Shown: in pieces, positions 60,042-64,000 of the stretch | Layout of the letters: the number at the start of each line of letters is the position of its first letter | Position numbering within the stretch: position 1 is the first letter of the stretch | Source of the DNA: a bacterium | GTDB taxonomy: Bacteria; Patescibacteriota; Microgenomatia; UBA8517 | Assembly: GCA_030583725.1 (NCBI GenBank) | Contig: CP129472.1 | Coordinates: forward strand, 334,958 to 398,957 | Reading direction: 5' to 3' | DNA length: 64,000 nt | The notes under the pieces: model-generated | What the model saw: the letters and a program-made list of their open reading frames with translations, nothing else | What the model was told of the DNA's origin: nothing | Databases searched by the model: none | Translations under genes and position numbers: made by a program

Positions 60042-60357
60042 TTCTCATCTTAAAACAACTGACTCCGGTCAACAACAAAAAATTATAATTGACAAGTATT
60101 CAGGCTCAATTTTGAGATAATACACACCAACCTTTTTGTCCTTTGTCAAGAGTTGGTATTTTATGAAGATTAATTTTACAAATACAATGAAGACTATTAT
60201 GGCTATTTCTTGTAAAAGCACTTATTCTCATCTTAAAACAACTGACTCCGGTCAACAACAAAAAATTATAATTGACAAGTATTCAGGCTCAATTTTGAGA
60301 TAATACACACCAACCTTTTTGTCCTTTGTCAAGAGTTGGTATTTTATGAAGATTAAT
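60042..60357. repeat. perfect 133-bp tandem direct repeat (60042-60174 and 60225-60357) separated by a 50-bp spacer
   Basis: Identical copies read directly. Each unit contains TTGACA/TTATAAT promoter-like hexamers and the hairpin CCAAC-N20-GTTGG. Confidence 0.9.
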
Positions 60358-60370
60358 AATACGAAGAAAG

Positions 60371-60814
60371 ATGGAGAATAAGTTTTTGCTTATTGACTTT
60401 AAAAATTCTGTCCTTATAATAATTCTTATTATGGCTGATCCATTAGATAAAATCTTTACACCCGATCGAGAGGTCGATTCGCAGTTGCTTTCAGACATAT
60501 TGTTTCCATTTGTTAAGATCAATTCCGAAGACTTATCAATATTTTTTACCAACTTAGGAAATAAATTGCCCATAAATAAAAAGCTCATCATTTTTTTGCT
60601 GGCCAAAAAGGCTTTGTATATAAAGGGTAAGGTAGAGCTCGAGAGCGTGACTCCAAATGACATTATCGATCAGACAGATTTAAAATCAGGAAGCGTACAC
60701 CCCGGTTTGAAGCAATTAAGGGATAAAAATTTGGTAATTGTTAAAGACGGTAGGTATTTTATTCCTAATTATCAAATCAATGAAATGAAGAATCTCTTCT
60801 TAGAAGGCAAGTAA
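60371..60814 (+). CDS. small winged-helix-like protein (paralog pair A, member 1)
   Basis: Its C-terminal half aligns with the next ORF (KKLIIFLLAKKALYIKG... against KKILIYLLALRGWPYVI...). An alternative start is at 60431. Confidence 0.45.
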   Translation: MENKFLLIDFKNSVLIIILIMADPLDKIFTPDREVDSQLLSDILFPFVKINSEDLSIFFTNLGNKLPINKKLIIFLLAKKALYIKGKVELESVTPNDIIDQTDLKSGSVHPGLKQLRDKNLVIVKDGRYFIPNYQINEMKNLFLEGK

Positions 60815-60815
60815 T

Positions 60816-61202
60816 ATGGCATTAAAAGATTTAACAATAGATCAAGGTCAGATGTTAGAAGAACTTATAGAAAGTTCTGTAAGTTCATATATTAGGTACG
60901 ATATTAATCAAAAGGCTGTAATCTTCCTCCCGGAAGCATTGAGAAATTTATCGGTCCAAAAAAAGATTTTGATATACTTGCTTGCTTTAAGGGGTTGGCC
61001 ATATGTTATAGAGTCAACAGACATTTCTCAGGAAGCTCAACCCAAGGATATCGCCAAGGCTATAACGGAAAACGGAAGTACGGTTAGGAACAACCTTCAG
61101 TCTTTGTTAAAAGATGGCCTTATTTTGAAAAGTGCTACCAAATATTCAATTTCGCAAATTGCAATAACGAGAATCGAAGATTTTATGAGAGAAGAAAGAT
61201 AG
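60816..61202 (+). CDS. small winged-helix-like protein (paralog pair A, member 2)
   Basis: Paralogous to the preceding ORF, with a 1-nt gap between them. Confidence 0.45.
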   Translation: MALKDLTIDQGQMLEELIESSVSSYIRYDINQKAVIFLPEALRNLSVQKKILIYLLALRGWPYVIESTDISQEAQPKDIAKAITENGSTVRNNLQSLLKDGLILKSATKYSISQIAITRIEDFMREER

Positions 61203-61206
61203 AAAT

Positions 61207-61614
61207 ATGGAAAAGAAGATACAAGAAGCATTAAAAAAAGCAAAAGACATCATCAACAACTCTGAAATAGGAGATGATTTACGAAGTGCCGGTTTTAGAG
61301 AAGTCTTCCGTCTTTTAATTTCTTCTGATGTAGACTCTGGAAAAACTCAATTAAAGACTGAATCTGATTCTGGTTTAGCAGCTCCAAGGACAAAAAGTAA
61401 GGCTAGGGGCAAGGTTGCTGGAATAGTAGATGAACTAATAAGTAACGGTTATTTTGCAGAAAAGAGAAGAGATATTGACTGCATTGAACAAATAAATCTT
61501 GTAAAAGGAATAAAAATTCCGCGAAACCAGATGGCCACTATTCTCGTACGAAAACTAAGAAGCGGAGTTTTAAAGAGAGAGAAAATCACAACAGGTTATG
61601 TATATTTTAAATAA
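61207..61614 (+). CDS. small winged-helix-like protein
   Basis: A C-terminal wing-like pattern (LVRKLRSGVLKREKITTGYVYF). Confidence 0.4.
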   Translation: MEKKIQEALKKAKDIINNSEIGDDLRSAGFREVFRLLISSDVDSGKTQLKTESDSGLAAPRTKSKARGKVAGIVDELISNGYFAEKRRDIDCIEQINLVKGIKIPRNQMATILVRKLRSGVLKREKITTGYVYFK

Positions 61615-61617
61615 ATT

Positions 61618-62028
61618 ATGAAAACAGATATTTCTACTATTTTAAAGCAGATTACAGATCTTAAGAGAAGGGTCTCCGTTCTTGAAAGACAGATAGTAAA
61701 CCAGCCCGAACAAATAATTAATAGTGTCAAGGAATTATCATTGAAAGAATTCTTGCTTGAAAAAAGGCCGAAAAACGATGTACAAAAAACTTTTTATATA
61801 GGAGTGTATTTGGAAAAATATAAAGGAATAGGTTCGTTTACAATGGATGATATCAAAAAAGCATTCAAAGTTGCCAAAGAACCCTCTCCCTTAAATATAA
61901 ACGACAAAATTAATAAAAATATCTCTAAAGGTCGTTTTATGGAATCGGATACTAGAGATGGAAAAAAGACTTGGATGTTGACTTCGACAGGTGAACAGGC
62001 GGCAAATAGTGATACGGAAATTAAATGA
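61618..62028 (+). CDS. small coiled-coil + winged-helix-like protein (paralog pair B, member 1)
   Basis: LKQITDLKRRVSVLERQ followed by a wing region. Paralogous to the next ORF. Confidence 0.45.
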   Translation: MKTDISTILKQITDLKRRVSVLERQIVNQPEQIINSVKELSLKEFLLEKRPKNDVQKTFYIGVYLEKYKGIGSFTMDDIKKAFKVAKEPSPLNINDKINKNISKGRFMESDTRDGKKTWMLTSTGEQAANSDTEIK

Positions 62029-62035
62029 AATAACT

Positions 62036-62446
62036 ATGGACGATTTGACAAGCATAATAGATCAACTGAAAGATCACGAGAAACGTATTTCTGCTTTGGA
62101 AGGAAACCTTACAAGTAATAATTTAAAAACAACTTCAAAGGTAAAAGAATTGACAATAACAGAATTGGTAAAAGGGGAAAAATTTCATTCTGGACAGAAA
62201 AAAATTGCCACGATTGTTGGATATTGCGAGAAGATACTTAAATTAGAAAAAATTGATGAAGGTAAGATTAAAAATAATTGGGTAAATGGTAAATTTGACG
62301 GAAAATATAGAAGCAACTTTATTGAACGCGCCGTTGGTGACGGATTGATAAGAGATTTGGAAGACGGAACATACGACCTTAGCCAAACCGGGGAAAGTTT
62401 CTTTGAAGAATTACTTCATAAAAACAATGGAAAAACTCAAAGCTGA
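62036..62446 (+). CDS. small coiled-coil + winged-helix-like protein (paralog pair B, member 2)
   Basis: The start was moved to ATG 62036 (MDDLTSIIDQLKDHEKRISALEGNL). Paralogous to the preceding ORF. Confidence 0.45.
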   Translation: MDDLTSIIDQLKDHEKRISALEGNLTSNNLKTTSKVKELTITELVKGEKFHSGQKKIATIVGYCEKILKLEKIDEGKIKNNWVNGKFDGKYRSNFIERAVGDGLIRDLEDGTYDLSQTGESFFEELLHKNNGKTQS

Positions 62447-63182
62447 TCTTGCCATAAAGGTTGATGACGAAAAGTTAATCGAAAACTTATTTTCTAGCTT
62501 TCAAAAGATATCTGAAGAATATATAGCGCAGAAACCCGTTGACTTACTTCAAAATACTGGTCTTTTTCTGGAATCTGTTATGAGAGTTACCCAACATTTA
62601 ATAGAGGGCAAGCACACCCCTCTTGGGGGAAAATTTGGTTTAGACGATTGTGTAAAAAATCTCGAATCAGTCGCTGGAAACGACGGGCTAAGAATACATG
62701 TTTCAAGATTAAGCCGTGCAATCTATGATTTCAGAAGCAGAAAGAAATCTGTACATCTTAAGGCCACGGATCCCCAAGCAATAGATGCAGACTTAGTTTT
62801 TAACGTATGTAACTGGATTTTGATAGAGGTATTAAAAGAAAGCGGTGTTGCTGGAGCAGAACAAGAAATAAAGATCCTTCACACCAGAAAAGTTCCGTTA
62901 GTCCAAAGTGTGGGTGGTATATTAAGAACTACAAACCCAAAACTATCTGGAACCCAAAGGATTTTATTACTACTCTATTCCAACCCGGATGGAATATCGG
63001 TTGATGAATTACTAGAAAGTACAAAAATTAAGATTAAAAACAAAAATCACATGAACAAGGATTTAAAAAACCTAGAAACTAGGGATATGGTTCACTTACT
63101 TCCAAACGGAAATTGGACATTGTTTGGGCGTGGTTTTAATGAGGCAGAGGTTATAATAAGTAAATTTTCTTCCTTAAACTAA
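62427..63182 (+). CDS. HEPN-like (R-x4-6-H) plus C-terminal winged-helix protein
   Basis: SRLSRAIYDFRSRKKSVH motif, with C-terminal ILLLLYSNPDGISVDELLE...GNWTLFGRG. Confidence 0.45.
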   Translation: MEKLKADLAIKVDDEKLIENLFSSFQKISEEYIAQKPVDLLQNTGLFLESVMRVTQHLIEGKHTPLGGKFGLDDCVKNLESVAGNDGLRIHVSRLSRAIYDFRSRKKSVHLKATDPQAIDADLVFNVCNWILIEVLKESGVAGAEQEIKILHTRKVPLVQSVGGILRTTNPKLSGTQRILLLLYSNPDGISVDELLESTKIKIKNKNHMNKDLKNLETRDMVHLLPNGNWTLFGRGFNEAEVIISKFSSLN

Positions 63183-63203
63183 TACCCTAAAATATAATTA
63201 GTT

Positions 63204-64000
63204 ATGAATAATTTAGGGGATGAACAGCATTACAACAATTTATATGATCTCCATACGATAGAAGAATGTTTACAAAGTCACAAATTTGCCATAAAAAGTA
63301 AGCCTCAGAAACCCAAGGGCTCCAGAGTAAAAGCTATCAGAATAGTTACAGATCTTTTACTTATTACATTAAGGGTGAAAGATATAGGAAAAAGTCGGAA
63401 ACGATTCGAGAATGGATGGCTAGAGATAAAGAAAAGGATGATAGGGTTGAAAATGCAGTTACTCCGCGAAACGTTTATTGTGATTCTTGTTCAAACGAGA
63501 TGAATATGACCATGAAACATCTGTCATCTAACGACACAAGAGTAATGTTTTGGTTCGAATGTCCAAATAAATGCAAAAAAAGAAAGGCAGTTTTTGACAA
63601 TGGCGAGGAATTTAAACCAGAACCCCCGCTATGCCCTAGATGTTCTGGAAAACTTAATGAAAAGCTTGAAAGGAAAGGTGAGGCATTAATAACTTATATC
63701 TCCTGTCCCAACTGCAAATATAAAAATAAAGAAATTATCGATTATGAGAAGGATAGAAAAGAATGGGCAGAAAAGAAAAGGAAAGATAAAGAGCTACTTA
63801 AAAAATACAGATGGCAATTTTGTTTAAACGAAAAAGAGGGTCAAGAATACATTTCTCATATAGAAAGCATGAAACGACTTAGGGAGGTAATGGAAGAAAG
63901 TGAGAAAAAACAAAAAGACCCCACTTACAAGAAAGTTCAAAAACTGAAAAGGTTAAAGATCACTGATCTAAGGGAAAACCTGGAGAAAATACTTACAAAA
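63204..64000 (+). pseudogene. paralog of the 550-aa multi-zinc-ribbon protein, apparently frameshifted (-1 near 63300-63330), continuing past the window end
   Basis: Frame A (63204-) gives MNNLGDEQHYNNLYDLHTIEECL, which matches the paralog's MKYLKDEQYYVDLYDLFTIKACL. Frame B, from about 63302, gives ...IKGERYRKKSETIREWMARDKEKDDRVEN...FECPNKCKKRKAVFDNGEEF...CPRCSG...CPNCKYK, which matches the paralog's ...VKKGEEYRRKAETISDWVEKDRVRQDKVDN...FECPKCKKRLGLYDNGEEH. Confidence 0.55.

Noticed and set aside
60042-60357. A possible CRISPR array, given the direct repeats.
   Set aside because: There are only two copies, the units are 133 bp with a 50-bp spacer, and there are no cas genes, so this is not CRISPR-like.
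60289-60663. The minus-strand 124-aa ORF spanning repeat unit 2 and the first winged-helix gene.
   Set aside because: It is antisense to a paralog-supported gene and crosses the non-coding repeat, so it is unlikely to be real.

Overview
This is a low-GC (~33%) contig with short intergenic spacers and mostly minus-strand genes. Its gene content (trmD, prfB, ftsEX, tgt, secA, serS, lysS, greA, lon, sodA) and compact style suggest a small-genome bacterium, possibly Patescibacteria/CPR-like, but that lineage call is inference only. TGA is used as a stop and an intact RF2 is present, so the standard code 11 applies.

Layout:
- 1-19 kb: a cell-envelope glycan locus. It has five GT2 glycosyltransferases, rmlC/rmlD-like genes, an rmlB fused to a Nudix-like domain, a galU-like gene, an APH/NahK-like kinase, an MFS transporter, a CAP-domain protein and a large repeat surface protein.
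- 19.5-23.7 kb: a perfect ~393-bp inverted repeat that duplicates the 3' end of ftsX. It brackets a galE / VanZ-like / lamin-tail / EnvC-like M23 segment that sits next to ftsEX.
- 25-40 kb: housekeeping genes (prfB, tgt, FKBP, secA, serS, HD, lysS, greA). A Nudix cassette is inserted behind secA, flanked by a 22-bp direct repeat of the secA 3' end.
- 40.8-55.6 kb: a likely integrative island ending at a large serine recombinase next to tRNA-Glu(CTC). It carries an excisionase-like HTH gene, a ParB-MTase fusion, an M.FokI-like tandem alpha-class MTase with an HNH nuclease, SHOCT and XRE genes, and an unassigned candidate defence module of four genes: an HTH protein, a RloC-like AAA_13 ABC-ATPase with a CxxC zinc hook, a HEPN-like protein and a triple zinc-ribbon protein.
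- 59.7-64 kb, after lon, a PQQ-type dehydrogenase-like gene and sodA: a structured non-coding region, a perfect 133-bp tandem duplication, six tandem small winged-helix genes in three paralog pairs (the last with a HEPN-like motif), and a frameshifted paralog of the zinc-ribbon protein.

The recurrence of a HEPN-like gene followed by the zinc-ribbon gene at two loci is the observation most worth following up.

All family assignments come from motifs read directly in the translated ORFs; no database searches were run.
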